Shown here: piece after piece, positions 62,513 to 64,000 of the stretch
How the letters are laid out: every line of letters starts with the position of its first letter
Position numbering within the stretch: position 1 is the first letter of the stretch
From: Phallusia mammillata
Lineage: Eukaryota
Reading direction: 5' to 3'
Assembly (NCBI GenBank): GCA_965637545.1
Contig: OZ281495.1
Span: forward strand, 13,826,001 to 13,890,000
DNA length: 64,000 nt
Notes under the pieces: generated by a model
The model's database searches: none
What the model was told of the DNA's origin: nothing
The model's input: only the letters and a program-made list of their open reading frames with translations
Made by a program: the position numbers and the translations under genes

Positions 62513-62849
62513 GAATATTTTCAACTTTTAAAGACACAAAATTTTTTCTATTTGATTTGATGATACACTGCACCAAATTAAGACAAGTTTGTGTAAACAT
62601 ACCAATAAGCTAGATCTGCATAAATCTTATACTGAATTAGTGTGATATCACTTGAAAATCATTCATTTAAAGAGATTGCAAGCAAACATTGTCATCAAAG
62701 AATTCACCATGATCAATCCTATTCATTAAATATTTATGCACACATACTACTTACAAAAATCATTTCAAAACATTTTGTGTCAGTACAAGATAGTCCACAG
62801 TAACCAAGTTTAACACTTTTCCAACAGTTGTATTACCCCATTTTTTAGA

Positions 62850-64000
62850 CAATTTTATTGTTGTTCACTGTTGATCTGATTAAAGGTATTTTGATTACTA
62901 TTTTTGTGCAATAAAAATTTTCAACCCCCATCCCAAAATGGTTGTTGAACTGCATGCTACTTTCATTTCTTTGAAACTTCCTATTTGTAGTGTACACATA
63001 TCATGAAGAGTGTTAATTGTCAAACCACACATTACACAGTATTTTTTTATTATGGCCAAATAGAGAAACAGAACGGTAGAGAGAAGCAGGCAACTCAAAT
63101 GTACAACTGTTTGCCCATCGGTGGTGGGGTGACAGGAAAAACACAAAAACGTCCTGGAACTGGCCATAAAACATATGATACAAAACTGGGCCATGCCAGA
63201 ATCCATGAGTGCAAATATTGTAAATTTACTACTGCCATTAGAAGGCAACAGTACCCAACCAACAAGAGATGATTTAGGCCCAGGATTATGCCAGTGTTTT
63301 AAAAATCCTTTCCTATGCTGAAAAATAAACTTTATCTAAACCAGATTGCAAAAACCAAATTTACTCTATTTTGCTTTGAGTCTCACCACACACACAAGTG
63401 AACTAAGTAAGTCACACATATAAATCATGACTTTGGTTGGGGTAATACTGGAGGAGGTGGTGTTAATAATCTCAGGTACATGCCAACAAAACATTGCAAC
63501 ATAACATGGAGAATTGTGCTGTATTAATGTAAAAGCGACTGTGAAACCCAGGTTGGACAGACAAGCATGCATCTGCAACAAAGACAGATAAAAATTTTCC
63601 AGTAAACTTTTTGTCTATGGTAGTGCTATCTAAGAAAAATTCTATTGAAAGTGTGGCATGTCACATTTTTTCATTTATCCATATTTTTCTAACAAATGCG
63701 CAAGATAGATGGCAGTGTGGACCTAGCTATACCAAAAAGCGCACACACACCTACAGAATTACAGATTCATTAGAAAAAATAAACTTGATGCTGTATTAAG
63801 GGGCTACAAGACTTTTAACTTAACATTTCGTTATGTTTTACAGATGAACAGTCTGAAATTTTGCCTTTTTGGTAGAAACGCACAATACAAAATATTTTCC
63901 ATCCTGATTTGTTGAAGTTTAGGACTACATGATACATAATAACCACAAATGATAATTTACCTTCCCAAATGTTTATATTGTGCGTCCCTACAGCAGGCAA
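62850..64000 (-). other. 3' end of an unidentified minus-strand spliced transcript
   Basis: Donor GAAG|gtaaat near 63960, acceptors ttctgtag (~63750) and tctttgttgcag (~63575), and minus-strand AATAAA near 62855. No recognisable protein could be assembled. Confidence 0.3.

Noticed and set aside
63003-63272. Plus-strand ORF with RIHECKYCKFTT suggesting a C2H2 zinc finger
   Set aside because: The two His ligands after CxxC are missing, there is no splice support, and the length is within chance.

Overview
Compact, AT-rich eukaryotic genomic DNA with short GT-AG introns, most consistent with an invertebrate chordate such as an ascidian (inference from gene set, intron size and CpG mosaicism). 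Left to right: (1) the 3' part of a very large secreted vWF/mucin/SCO-spondin-family gene (+, 1-16518) with interleaved TIL, VWC, LDLRa and discoidin-like modules, Thr-rich tandem arrays and a C-terminal cystine knot; (2) tail-to-tail with it, an R3-type PTPRQ-like receptor phosphatase (-, 18060->42209, running into a 200-N gap) with at least 19 FN3 repeats and one PTP domain whose catalytic motifs are degenerate; (3) a GPI-anchored Ly6/three-finger gene nested antisense in its largest intron; (4) a spliced non-coding transcript candidate divergent from ZSWIM7; (5) the housekeeping cluster ZSWIM7(+), SNX19(+), POLE2(-), GALK2(+); (6) an unidentified minus-strand spliced fragment at the right edge. 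Several hAT-type MITEs, a Tc2-like end and a cluster of tRNA-derived SINE copies sit mostly in introns. No CRISPR, rRNA or functional tRNA was found. All gene models were assembled by hand from splice signals and recalled family motifs; no database search was run.
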